Part shown: in pieces, positions 23,961 to 36,708 of the stretch
Numbering within the stretch: the stretch's first letter is position 1
How the letters are laid out: each line of letters begins with the position of its first letter
Origin: Camelus dromedarius
Taxonomy: Eukaryota
Direction of reading: 5' to 3'
Length of the DNA: 64,000 bases
Assembly: GCF_036321535.1 (NCBI RefSeq)
Contig: NC_087447.1
Coordinates: 32,986,001-33,050,000, forward strand
The notes under the pieces: model-generated
Seen by the model: only the letters and a program-made list of their open reading frames with translations
Database searches by the model: none
Told to the model about the DNA's origin: nothing
Translations under genes and position numbers: made by a program

Positions 23961-26361
23961 ATGGCAATTTATAGTCCCAATTTCCCATAACATCCTGCAT
24001 ATTTAAAGAAATAATTCAAACATTTAACGTCTTAAATAATGCTCTATTGGTCTTTGAAATTAGATAGATACTCTGCTTCCAAAGGGGAAATGGCTATCTG
24101 TTCAGGAAGCCTCTTCCAGTATTTTTTTTTTAAAAGAGAGTAATTGTCATGGGATACTTATAAATTAAATGGTATACCTTCCCCTAACCTCCTATTTTTC
24201 TGAAAGAGAAATGTATTTTATATCATCTAATTCCACATTCATTTGTACTATTATTGTATAGACATTTTCATTTTGGCCAGGGTTCCTTGTGACTTTTCAT
24301 CTATGAGTCAGAAACAATTTTAGGACTGAGGGGCTAAGTTCCAAAAGATGCTGAATTGACTACTCATACTTGCCTCTACTTTCTCCATGAAATACTAATA
24401 AAATAATGTTACAGACAAATTTTGAAGGACATAAACCCTCAAAAGGCAAAGCACATTGGAGACGAGACAAGAGCAACATAATTCTGGAAGCTAGAAAAGA
24501 GGTGAATGTTCACTCACTCAGAAGGCATAAGAAAAATGACTCACAGCCTATAGTGGAGAAGCCAGGAAGCAATTTGATCTACATCACAGAACACAAGGAT
24601 TGGTGGCACCCACTATCTCTGGAACTGTGGGGAATAGCGAGGGTAAAAGAGGAAAGCGAACTGGAAATTAGAAGAAGCAGCAGATTCCTCAGAGAGGCTC
24701 TCTCACCCAGCCAGATTCCTTCCTTTCTCCTGCCCCAGCAAAGACTGGAATTTTATTCTCAGCAGAGGGTACCACAAAACCTGGAGGACAGCTGAGAGCA
24801 GAGATATCATGCTAACAACAAGGGGATTCAGTGGAAATGGACATACCGAATTCTGAAACCCTTTGCCTTGCCCTCCCCGTCTGGCTCTCAGGATGCGAGC
24901 AATCAAGTGTCATTCTTCCAGGAATGTAACTGATTCCTTCCACTGGATGGAAGATTCTTCTCTGTAAAATCTGAGTAACTCAGAAGAATAAACCGAAAAG
25001 CATTTACACCAATATCCCACATAGGTAAACTGAGTTTTCAACCAATATTTTTTAACGTCTCACTCATAAAAGTGACCAGATAGCCAAGGCTACTGGATGT
25101 TTGAGAAAAGGAAAAGACAAACTAGAAGAAAAAAAAAATCAACTTTCAGAAAACAGACTATATTAAGTAATTTTAAAAACTATTAAAAATCTTGCTATTA
25201 TCTCCACAAGTGTCAAAGAAGGTACTACCTGTAAGAACCAGAAACAATATTTAAAAAGCAGTCAGAAAACAGTAACAAAACAGAATAGTAGAAATAAATA
25301 ACAACAGATGTGGAAGATGAAGTTGGTGAAGTATCCTCACCTCCCCAATAAAGAACAAAAATTAAAATTTAAAAAGAGAAAGATAAATGAGGCAAAAGTA
25401 ATCAAACAATTAGACCAATCTAAAGGTCTGACCCCCAAAAAATAGGAGTTCCAGAAAGAAAGAATAAGGAAAATTCAGGGGAATAAATCATTAAAGAACT
25501 TTCTTTTAAATCTGAGAAACAAACCAGTGAATTTCCAAACTGAAAGGATCTTCAAAGTTCCCAGCATTGGTTTAATTACAGACCCTCAGAAAGGTACATC
25601 ATCAAATTTTTTAACACTGAAGATTTTGTAAAATTTCCAGAATTTTCCAGAAAAATAAAAGTAGATGTCATGCAAATGATCAAGAATAGAATGGCACTGT
25701 ACTTCTCAAGTGTTACACTGGAAAATGTAACAATAGAGTTATTCCTACAATGTTGTAAAGAAAATTACTTCTTAATCTGGAATTCTACACCCTTCCAAAC
25801 TATCAACGAAGTACAAAGGTAGAGTAAAAACATTTTTAGGCATGTAACATTTGAACAATCTATCTCCCATGCACTCCTTCCCAGGAAGGTAATTAAATAC
25901 CTGTCCTTTGAAAGTGAGGATGTAATCCAAAAAAGAGAAATACAGGATTCAGGAACTCCAGCAAAAATGAGATGATGTTGAAAGCCTAGCCAAAAAGCCC
26001 AGCTGCATCGAAGACCTAACAAGCTTCCAGTACAGGATGGAGGAAGTCAGAAGGCTTCGGAAAAGCTTTCTTCATCGAGTTAAAGTTGTAAAATGTAAAA
26101 TACATTTGAATGCATTGGGAGGAGATGATTACTTGGGGAAAATCTGGGACTGAATAGATGTTGAGTGAATAAAAAACTGAGCAAATAAATATTAACAAAA
26201 TGAGATAATAATGAAATCCCAGTAAAACAAGCATGCATATAAGACAGGAGAAACAATAGCAGCTAACGCTGTACAACATATATAAATACTATTTACACAG
26301 ACATAATAAGGTAAAAACTGAATACTGAGATCACCAAAATTTAAGAAGAGGGAAATGAGAA

Positions 26362-26391
26362 GTGTGTGTGTGTGTGTGTACGTGTGTGTGT
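26362..26391. repeat. Interrupted (TG)n microsatellite
   Basis: gtgtgtgtgtgtgtgtgtacgtgtgtgtgt. Confidence 0.85.
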
Positions 26392-26422
26392 ACACTGTGG
26401 GTGAGAGGTTGAAAAGATGTAA

Positions 26423-26610
26423 TTTTTATATTTTAAATTATTTCTTTTATAGAGATATGGTTGATTTACAATGTCGTGTTAGCTTCTGGTGCACAGCAGA
26501 GGGATTCAGTTATGTATATATGTCGATAAATATATTTTTCATATTCTTTTTCATTTTAGGTTAATACAAGATACTGAATATAGTTTCCTGTGCTATACAG
26601 TAGGACCTTG
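26423..26610 (-). mobile_element. Short L1 3'UTR end nested in HAL1
   Basis: ttgatttacaatgtcgtgttag...cctgtgctatacagtaggaccttg is the reverse complement of a laurasiatherian L1 terminus. Confidence 0.85.
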
Positions 26611-26666
26611 ATCTTCCCTGGTGGCCAACAAATACCTAAAACTGAGAAATCAAGAAATAATAATAT

Positions 26667-26800
26667 GGGGGTGGAGGTATAGCTCAGTGGTAGGGCACAT
26701 GCTTAGCACGCACAAGTTCCTAGGTTCAATCCCCAGTACCTCCATTAAAAAAAGACTTAAAAAAACACAGTAAAAAAATAAGTAAATAAAACTTAAAAAA
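26667..26800 (+). mobile_element. Camelid tRNA-derived SINE (Vic-1-like) nested in HAL1
   Basis: gggggtggaggtatagctcagtggtag...ggttcaatccccagtacctcc plus A-rich tail; approximate TSD aaataataatatg / aaatagaaatatg. Confidence 0.9.
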
Positions 26801-26964
26801 AATAGAAATATGAATGTATTATTATCAGAGATATAGGAAAGAAAGTGACTGACTCTGGAGAAGAGGAAAGGAAGTAGGGCAGGAACAAGGAATCACTGTT
26901 TTCATAACTCGCCATGTAGAACTACTTGACTTTTTAAACTATGTGCATTAGAAAAGGACAGTGC

Positions 26965-27772
26965 AATAGAGAAAGGGCAAAAGACTTGGCTTGGCACTTC
27001 ACAAAATAGTAAAATCAAATGGACAATAAGCGTATACTGTTTGACTATATTAGTCATCAGAGAAGTGCAAATGAGAACCAGAAGATAACACCACAACAGC
27101 AGTATGGCTAAGATGAAAAAGACAGTAAACAAGTGCTGATAAAGTTATGGTGCAAACAGGATTCTCATTTATCTCCATTTGGAATATAAATAGGAATGGC
27201 CACGTTGGGAAACTATTTGGCAGCACCTATTAAAACTGAACCTAAGCATAGCCAGCAATTCCATTCCTAGATATACAGATACATGGAAATACTTGTGCAG
27301 TATCACCCAAAGACGTGTACAAGAATTTTACCACAGGAAAATGGCCAAAAGTAGAAAATAACTCAAATGTTCAACAACAGAATGGAAAAATACCTTTTGG
27401 CTTATTCACAGAATAAGTACTATTCCACAACGAGTCTTAAAAAACTATAACCACAAGCAACCGCGTGGATAAATCTCACAAATGTGATGACAAACAAAGA
27501 CGTCCAGACACAAAAGAGGACTTATAATTTGGTTCCATTTGTATGATGTTCAAAAACAGGTAAAACTCTTCTACAGTGTTAGAAGTCGGGACAGTGGTTC
27601 CACTAGGTTGGGTCTTGGAAGAGGACGGGAGGGGGTGCTTCTGGGATGCAGATAACGTTCTACTTTTCAGTTTTGGTTCTGGTTTCAAAGATGTTTTCAG
27701 TTTATAAATTCACTGGGTGATACACTTATCTCTTGTGTGCTTCTTTATCTACAGATTATATTTCCATAAACG
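26965..27772 (+). mobile_element. Old L1ME-like 3' end
   Basis: caatagagaaagggcaaaagac..., ccagcaattccattcctag..., ttctgggatgcagataacgttct.... Confidence 0.8.
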
Positions 27773-29269
27773 TTTGTTAGCTTTCTGGGAGTTTTCCACA
27801 TCTGCTTTTCCCTCTTCCTACCCTCTTAGGATTATTTTAAGACTTGAGGTCACTCTTACACAAAAGGGGACCTAATGTGACATTTATCAATCAAAGGTTC
27901 TACTACTAGATAATATCTCTGCTAAATATTGCAGAAATCGAGGGGGAAAGGGAGTGATTTAAATAAATAATTACAGAAGTTATTTTTCAGGAAAACCTTC
28001 AACGATATAGACCGCTAGAACAACAGACACTTATCTATATATAGTGCTACAGAAACAAGTTCAGTTCTCTAACCTAACAGCTGTTCAAGTCTCAGTTTCC
28101 TTGTCTATAACATAAGGATAATAATTGTATCCAGCTTATATAACCCATTTAAGTACTTGCAGTAGTGGCTGGTACATAGCCACCCCAAAAATATTAACTA
28201 CAGGTTTATTAATAAACCAAGGAATGGGAAAAGGGCTTCTGCTCAGATGCCCAGCACTTGAGTGTTAAGTACTATTAAATTATAAGCAGGACGGTCCGCT
28301 TCCTGAATATGTATTTACTTGACGTTAAGGTACGTTTTCCTTGAGGAAAGAACTGAGGGTGTTAAATCAGGGAATGATCTACAGGTTTATACAAAACACA
28401 CTTCAGAAATTTCCAAATCGTTGGTACACTGCTTACCTGTAAACATCCGTTTAGAGATATTGTTTCCTTCTGATTTTTAAAATGTTACTGTTCTGTGGAT
28501 GTGTTAAGTCATGCCCTAACATGTGCAGAGCTTTTTTTAAAAAAAAAAAAACAACTAATTTTTAAGCACTAATCTCTGTCGGAGTGGCATCTTCACTGAC
28601 AGGCTCACGTTGCCTTTATTCTCCTTCAAGTTCAAAGTTTGAAGTGGTCGGACTCAAAGACCCATAACAGAATCCCAGCTCAACACTTACGAACTCGATG
28701 AACTTGGAAAAGTCGTCTTAATCTGTATGAATACGTTTCTTTGTAAGATGGACATGAAGCTTACTTCACAAAGCTTTCTGGAGGTGCTCGGAAAAGAAAA
28801 TACCTTTGAAAGAGTGTGTGACTAAAAAGAGTGATGTAACTCTCAGCTCCAGTGGATAACACTGCTCTCAAATACGGAAGCTGCAGATGACAGCGTCTAC
28901 TCCGTGATTCTTTACAATCTGCTAACTTAGCATCATCTTCTATTTACTAATTAGGTTTTCTCCAGTTCTCATGACAGCATCGAGAGATGCTTGCACCACT
29001 GAGAAGTCATATAACTTGGTCAGTGCCGCATGGTGAGTGGCTGAGATTGTTCAGCTCGAAAGGTTCCACTGTGCCCAACTGTCCTGATGGAGGAATGTCC
29101 TATGAGTAGAAGGTATTACAGCAGCATTCTGCCAGCACTTTCAAAATTAAACCTCCACACTAACGAATTGGAGCCAAGAGAAATGAAGACGCCTGTAGGA
29201 GGGAGCTGGGGGTGGCATGATGTAATAATGAACAAAGACTTGAAATGAAATGCATGGAATTTTTAATCT

Positions 29270-29440
29270 CCAGAGGAGGATTCAAGCCTCAGCTGTCCCC
29301 CTTATTAGCTTTACAAACTTGAGCAATTTCTTTCTCTTAGCTTCAGTTTCCTCATCTGTGAAACTAGGATGATGATAATATATCCTCTGTTGCAATTGTT
29401 GGGAGGTTAAAGAGAGATGATACAGTGTCTGGAAACACGC
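29270..29440 (+). mobile_element. MIR SINE
   Basis: cttcagtttcctcatctgtgaaactaggatgatgataata. Confidence 0.8.
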
Positions 29441-29844
29441 ACTGGGGACTGCAGAGACCTGCAATCCGTGGAAAAGTGCTATTATGCCAGTCTCATTCCA
29501 AGGAAGAGGGTACCACCTGCAGTGTAACAAGAAAGTTAGCCCTCAGAGCATCACCGCAGCGTAGATCGTACACAAAGGAATCACGATGGCACACTCAGAA
29601 TTCAGAGTTCAACTGAGAAAAACGACACACAAGAGATGAGCCCTGACAACTGCCAAAGCTTTTTAACTCAGTCTTGCCTTTTTGAGAAGGATGTAGCAAA
29701 GGACAGAGTTCAAAAGCTTGAGCTTTGAGGCACAAAGAATGGTTCAAATTACAGCTCTGATACTTCCTAGCCCTATGATCCTGGCCATATTAATTTACAG
29801 TTCTTAATCCCAATTTACTCAATAAATGAGGTTAGTCATCATCC

Positions 29845-30260
29845 ATTCACAATTTCTTCCATGCACACTAAATGCCAGGCACTCATCTGAGAGCTGGGGC
29901 TGGAGCAGCCAACACTGACAAAAATCTCTGCCATCCTGGTGGGCAAACTTCCGGTGGGAGAAGGAAGCGAAAAGAAGAGAGATGAGGGATATATTCAGTG
30001 TCTTAAATGGTGACAAGCACAGCAATAAACAAATCGGAGAATGCAGGTCCCATGGACTGAGGCGAGAGCTGGGGTTGCAGTTTTAAGAAAGCAGTAGGAA
30101 AAGTCTCACTGAGAGTGACACCTGAGTAGAGACTTGAAGGTAAAGAAATGAGCCATCAAGATGCATGAAGAAAGAACATTTCAGAAAGAAAAAAACCAGC
30201 AGATGCAAAGAATCTGAGATCTGCTCATATGCTTGAAAAATGGCAAGTGGAAATGGAAGA
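29845..30260 (-). mobile_element. L2 3' fragment
   Basis: catccattcac...tgccaggcactcatctgagagctgggg... is the reverse complement of the L2 3' end. Confidence 0.7.
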
Positions 30261-31944
30261 GAATTATGTAATGAAGCTAGACACGCAACGTGGATTTGGA
30301 GGATGCTAATCAACGCCAGCCTTCTGGGTTATGAGGTTGAAGAATATACTCCAATCTATGTCAAGCACGCAGCCCAAGTTCCAGCCTAAATTAAGGTCTA
30401 GCCTAAGCATTAAGTAATAGCAATGTAGCTGAAATAGTTCATCGTTCTGACTATGATCTGAGAGACTGGGGAAGTATTACTGCTGCAAGAGACACTGAGA
30501 AAAATAGGGCAAGAAAAAAAGTGTAAACAGCCCCAAAATGCTAATGCATGGAGTTTACGGAGAATGCACAAGTGACCACGGTATTTCCACATACCTGGGG
30601 ACCAAGCACTGGTAAAAACTAAAACTTGCTATTGGGTGCTCGAGATCATTTCATTGAGAGTGAATCAAAAAGTGCTTAAAAGTGCAGTTCAGTTATTTAG
30701 CTGGTCTCATCAAGGCATCCCATCCAAAAGGGACTACATGGCAATTTCAGAAACATGGAAGCGCCAACTGGGGCAGGCTCATCAGAGTCAAGGCCATGCT
30801 AAGACAGGCCGGGGCCTGTCCACGGGAGGGAGGAAGGACTTGCTTCTCCTCCCGGATGGAGCCGCCTTGTTTCTATCAGTGTTCTCTTCATTGATGCTAA
30901 TGCTTCTGTCGCCCAGAGACATGTTATGCAAATTCCACATGATCTAATTGATATTCCTTACTATTAACACCTTGACGTGGGAAGAACAGTACCAGAGAGA
31001 GATGGGAGGAAAATGGTTAGGATACATGCCATTTTGCTTTGGAGACACCACGGGTTAATAGTTACTATATCAAGCTAATGTTTTGTGAGGTTTTTGTTGG
31101 GGGGAAGCAAGAGAAGTTAAACCCATATGTTGGCTGTGGTATAGGGATGGGTGTGAAGGAGGGGAGAGAAAACAAGTACACAGGCAGTTAAGTGTGATCC
31201 ATTTTATGAAAGGGAAAACCAGCTGATACGGAGCACACTGGAGGGGACTCAGCCTTGACTAGGAAGTCTAAAAAAAATATGGGAAGATGGGGGCCAGATA
31301 CAGTGGGACAAAGAAGGCAGGGGGAGAAAGAGAAGCAAAGAGTTCCAGATAGAGCACATACCCTGGGCAGAGGCCTGCAGGAGGAAGATCGGTGCTTTGA
31401 GAAAATCTAAAAAAGTTCAGTGCAGCAGAAATTCAAGTTACTGATCATAACTAGAAATGGGGAAAGGACGCAGAGAGAGTGGATACTACAGAAAGGAGGT
31501 TGGAGTTTATACCAAGGGCAGCGGAAACCATATAAGGATTTTCAGCAGGGAAATAATGTGATTGTATTTGCATTTTATAGAGAGTACTTCAGCTGCAATG
31601 TAGCAAGAATATTTTGTGTGTGTGTGTGCAGGAGGAACAAGACTCAGGACCTGGAGACTTACCTTCTAATATCATTCCAGGCAAAAACCAGAGGACAGAG
31701 GTTTAGACTAGGCAATAGAGCGTGGTGGGGGGAATAGATTGTGGTGACTGACTGAGCGGGAAAATGAGGGAGAAGGAAACAGCAAGGACGATTCCGCTTA
31801 CATATGATCTAAAACCATCAGGGATGAAGGTGTGTGATTGACCACAGTCATTTTCCCATTCTTTCCAATAAATAGCACGATGGCAGTATTGTGGCTTTGG
31901 AGACTAAGGCAAAAACTAAAACAAACTCTTATTAAAGTATCTAT

Positions 31945-32800
31945 TTAATTCAGCAAATGTTTTGGACAACTGCTATGTTGCCAGGTCTTGCCCTAGTCCC
32001 TGGAAACACTAAGACAAAAAAACTTTTGCCCTTGTGGAGTTCATATTCTGGCTGGGCAGTCGGGCCATACAAAAAAGCATTATCATGTCAGAGAGTGATG
32101 AAGGCTCGGATGACAATGACACAAAGAGGAAGAGATGGGGTATCAGAGTTAGGGGCGAGGCTCTTTCTGAAGAGAGAACATCTGAACAGAAACTTAAATG
32201 ACATCAAGGAGCTGACTATGCAAAGATCTGGGGGAAGGACAACCAAGCAACCAAACAGTAAGGGAAACATGACCTGCACGCTCCAGGGACGTCAAGGAGA
32301 CCATTGTGTATCAAGGATACACGGAGTAGTGAGGACAGAGAATTAACGGGGTGGGGGGTGGGGTGGGCAGAGCAGGCAAGTCTTGTGAGTCATTGTAACA
32401 ATTTAGACTTGGTGGAAACGGGGAGCCATGGAGAGTCTGGAGCAGAGGAGTGACTGAATCTGACTTATTTTTTTTAGCAATGCCCCCTTGACAGCTATGT
32501 TGAAGAGAGACAACAGCTGTACAACAGTGGAAGAGAGAGAAGTTAAGAGGCTTTTGCCATAATCTAGATGAAAGATGCTGATGTCACGTCAGGAGTGGTA
32601 GAGGTGGAGATCATATGACGTCTGGGTTCTAAATACAGTTTGAAGGCAGAGCAAGGATTTGGATGTGCGGTGCCAGAGAAGGAAGTCAAAGACAATTTCA
32701 AGGTCTTGACCCAGACAATGTGCAAGGGTAGACTTTATCATCAACTGGAATGAGGAAGACTGTGGGAGGAATACTCTGAGAGGGAGAAGATAAGGAACAT
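31945..32800 (-). mobile_element. L2a 3' fragment
   Basis: attcagcaaatgtttt...ctatgttgccagg...ggagccatggagagtctggagcagaggagtgac...tttgaaggcagagc. Confidence 0.8.
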
Positions 32801-32842
32801 TCTAGGTAACAAGATAACCTCAGTAACCAACCTTTTCTATTA

Positions 32843-33310
32843 CAAACACACCTTGTTTTCTTGTGCTTTGCAGACATCTTTTTTTTTTTTTAAACAAATT
32901 GAAGGTTTGTGGTAACCTTGTGCCAGGCAAGTCCATCCTCACCATTTTTCCAAGGCAATTTGCTCACTTCCTGCCTCTGTGTCACATTCTGGTAATTCTC
33001 ACAATATTTCAGGCTGTTTCATTATCATCACACTTGTTACAATGATCTGTGCTCAGTGATTTTTGATGTTACTACTATAGCTCACTGAAGGCTCAGTTGA
33101 CGGCTAGCATTTCTGAGAAATAAAATATTTTTAAATTAAGGTACATACAGTGGTTTTCAAGACATACTACAACTACACACTGAACAGACATACAGCATAC
33201 TTTTACAAGCACTGGGAAACCAAAAAAAACTATGTGACTTGCTTTATCGTGATAATCACTTTATTGCAGTGGTCTGGAACCGAGCCTGCAATATAGCCAA
33301 AGTACGTCTG
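32843..33310 (+). mobile_element. Tigger1-derived MITE (Tigger1a_Art-like)
   Basis: TA at both flanks (32841-42, 33311-12); Tigger1 5' (aaattgaaggtttgtggtaacc) and 3' (ttattgcagtggtctggaaccg) termini; same family as 6966-7476 in the opposite orientation. Confidence 0.85.
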
Positions 33311-36034
33311 TATCTTAATCAATATTATAGATTGGCGATCAATATAGAAGTCTGCATGTGCGTTACAGGCAGAGAGAACATTACAGGCAAAAGCTCAGAG
33401 ATTTGGAAAAAGAAAGTGTATTTCAGTGACCGGAGCAGTTGAGGATGGGCTGGAATTTAAGATGTATGTGAAGGAGAAGGGGGAGATAAAGCTGGAGAGG
33501 TAGGCAGGAGTCCAGTCACGGAGGCTGTTGGATATGCTGCTGTGGAAGATGGACTTTATCTTGTAAGCACCGAGGAGGCACTGAAAGGTTTTCTTAGCAA
33601 GATTAATAAAATAATCTTCCAGAATCTCCCCTCATGGACTCAATCTTCTTGGCTAAAATTGCTGCCACCCATAGATAACTTCAAGGTCTCTATTAAACTG
33701 GAGAATGCTTTAAAACCACATTAGCCCACCAAGCCAGAAACTGCTTATCTTTCCCACTGCTACCAAAATGAATGCATAGATCTTGCTGTTTGATTCATCC
33801 TATTTTGGACCTTCGTGAACATCTTCAGGCAACTACCTTTTCTAATCAGTGAATCCCATTAGGGGAGAGTGATGCAAATCGCAAGAGTTAACATTCTTTT
33901 TCGATCACGCTATTGACTTCAATTAGATTTTTTTCCATATGATCTACAGTGCAATACATATTCTTGGGTACGATGAATTCTTGGATACTAGTTACTAGGG
34001 AAAATTTGTAATTTCCAGGTTCCAGTTGGCCATATTTTCACAGAAACCTGGATTTCTTTTCTGTTCAGCCACTGTGCTTCGCGTTACAGGGCTGTTTGTA
34101 TTTCCCAGGGCAGAGGATTAAAAATAAGCCTCTGAACCAAACTCCTGACTTTCACAGTTCAATAGTATGAGCTTGCCCGGGGGGGGAGGGAGAACTGCTT
34201 GTCATCTAAATAGTCAGGAATGATTTTCTGCATTACTACCTAGACAAGGTAAGCCCTAATAGCTTTCATTTATTTGATGGGGAATGTCAATCTACTAAAA
34301 AGACTGGTGCCCTTCACTCTGCCTTCGGGAAGGCACGCTGACAAAGCTACTGCAAATACACAAAATTTCTATACTACATTGCTCTTCTTAGTGGCATTCA
34401 TGTTACCTGCATCTCTCTCCTCCAGCCTCAACACAATACACTTAAACTTAGGGATCTTTTAAATCAGATTTCAATTGAAGTCATTACAACCTGTGATCTG
34501 TAAAATAAAGAGAAATATAGGGTGAAATTACCATATGTGAAATTCAGGGTCCTTGTGTGGACTCATTCATTTATTCATTCATCAAATACTTGTTGAATTC
34601 AAATGGAATAGGGTCTTCAGACTGGATTTTTGCCATGTCAGAGTTCTGGTACATACTAATGTGTTATGTTCCAAAGCAGGGTGCTACATTATCTTTACAA
34701 CACTTTAAAAAATCAGCTGTGCCTACGTTAACCATTACCTTCCAGCTCTGTAAACAAAGGCCTAGAAATTCATCAAGGGATGGTGATGAGGCCAAAAGTG
34801 AGGACTTGGTTAGAGAAAGCTGTTCGGCATGCTGCCAGCTCCAGGTCACCATTCTCCCGACCCTATCCATCCCCCAGCAGTGAGAGCAAAGAACAACCTT
34901 TGTAAACTTACCCAAGGGTAACAGTCTTAAAGAAATGTCCCAGGATGGTGAGGGACATAGCAACTGGTATTTGACTCATGTCTTAAAAGCCTAAAGGTTA
35001 ATGCCTGGGTCTGGGGCTGCCTCCATCATGTAGTAGATGAAAAAGACCACATTAATAGAGGACTGCACTTGGACTGAAGGAGAGGGAAAGTGTCTGCTTC
35101 ATTGGGATAGTACAAAAGAGCTTCAGAGCATCACCCTAGTCATATGTGAATCTTGCAGGGCAAAGGAGATACAGCAGAGAGGTGGCCTTTCACAAACTTA
35201 GAGCTACAGAAGGATCAAAGGACTGTCCATGTCAAGGGAATTTCATTTGGAAGTTTCCCTAGGGATCCCTCACCAAAGCACCTGACAAAGGAAGAACCAG
35301 CAACTAACTGTATGTCTCTCACCCAGAGGGCCTCAGTGCTAGAAAACCACTGTACTGGTTACATGAGACCTTAGTTTCTTTCCCATAAAATTATCTCATC
35401 CAGGTTAAGATTCCCAACACTTAGGAATCTTAAACTACGATACTGAAAGAAAAAAAAAAAGGAAGACTGTCTGATTCTCCTTCTCACTGCAGACTTCTAA
35501 GATTGTGGCAGGCTGATGAGTGGGACGGTGAAAAGCTTTATTTAGTTTTCACACAATATTGAATTGGTTGCATAAGTAAGACATTTTTTGGTCCTAACAG
35601 TTCCCACATCACACAAGGACCTGGTAAGTCATCGTGAGGTCAGTGTCCTCCTGGTACTTCCCTCTGTGTACAGTGTATGCACACCAGCATGAAAATCGGA
35701 ATCATACTGAACAAGCCATTTTTACCTAATAATGCCTAGTGTTCACCAGACACAAGGACATTTAAAAAAATATTCTCCAGTGGGGAAGTTCTGGTTTTTT
35801 CTCTCACTTTTTAAAACAAGAAACTGGGGTAAAAGATTTAAGTAGCTGCCCAAGATCATAGAGCTGGGCCTCAAAACTGGAGAGTCCGCTTCCAGAGTTC
35901 ACGTTCCTTACCATACAGTGTATTTCCCATGTGATTAAGGAGTCTTCCCTCATGGGTTTTAGAAGCTCTATAGAATGGTTTATGAATCATTTATTTCACT
36001 AACCCTTAATGTGTTATTATTTTACATGCCGTCC

Positions 36035-36708
36035 TTTTTTATTTTATTTTTATTGACATATAGTCAGTTCACAATGTTGTGTCAATTTCTGATGTATACT
36101 ATAATGTTTCAGTCATACATATACACTCATATACTTGTTTTCATATTATTTTTCATTATAGATTACTGTAAGATATTGACTATAGTTCCCTGTGCTATAC
36201 AGTACAAACTTGTTGTTTATCTATTTTATATATAGTAGTTAGTATCTGTAAATCTCAAACTCCCAATTTATCCCTTCCCACCCTTTCCCTCCCCATAACC
36301 ATAAGTTTGTTTTCTACGTCTGTGAGTCTGTTTGTTTTGTAAATAAGTTCATTGGTGTCATCTTTTTAGATTCCACATATAAATGATATAATACAGTATT
36401 TTTCTTTCTCTTTCTGACTTACTTCACTTAGAATGACATTCTCCAGGTCCATCCATGTTGCTGCAAATGGCATTATTTTATTCTTTTTGATGGCTGAGTA
36501 GTATTCCATTGTATAAATATACCACAACTTCTTTATCCAGTCCTCTGTCAATGGGCATTCAGGTTGTTTCCACGTCTTGGCTATTGTATATAGTGCTGCT
36601 ATGAATATTGAGGTGCATGTATTTTTTTGAATTAGAGTTCCCTTCAGATATATGCCCAGGAGTGGGATTGCTAGATCATACTGTAAGTCTATTTTCAGTT
36701 TTTTGAAG
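36035..36708 (-). mobile_element. 5'-truncated camelid-type L1 (ORF2 C-terminus, 3'UTR, tail)
   Basis: ORF 36366-36734 encodes KKLKIDLQYDLAIPLLGIY...WIKKLWYIYTMEYYSAIKKNKIMPFAATWMDLE, the L1 ORF2 C-terminus; T-rich tail from 36035. Confidence 0.93.

Larger units (their letters stand above)
24330..26950 (+). mobile_element. HAL1 (half-L1), near full length, with nested insertions
   Basis: 5' motif cataaaccctcaaaaggc...ttctggaagctagaaa, decayed ORF1-like segment (ataggagttccagaaag...gaattctacacccttccaaactatc), then a HAL1-type 3' part with no ORF2 in between. Confidence 0.65.
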
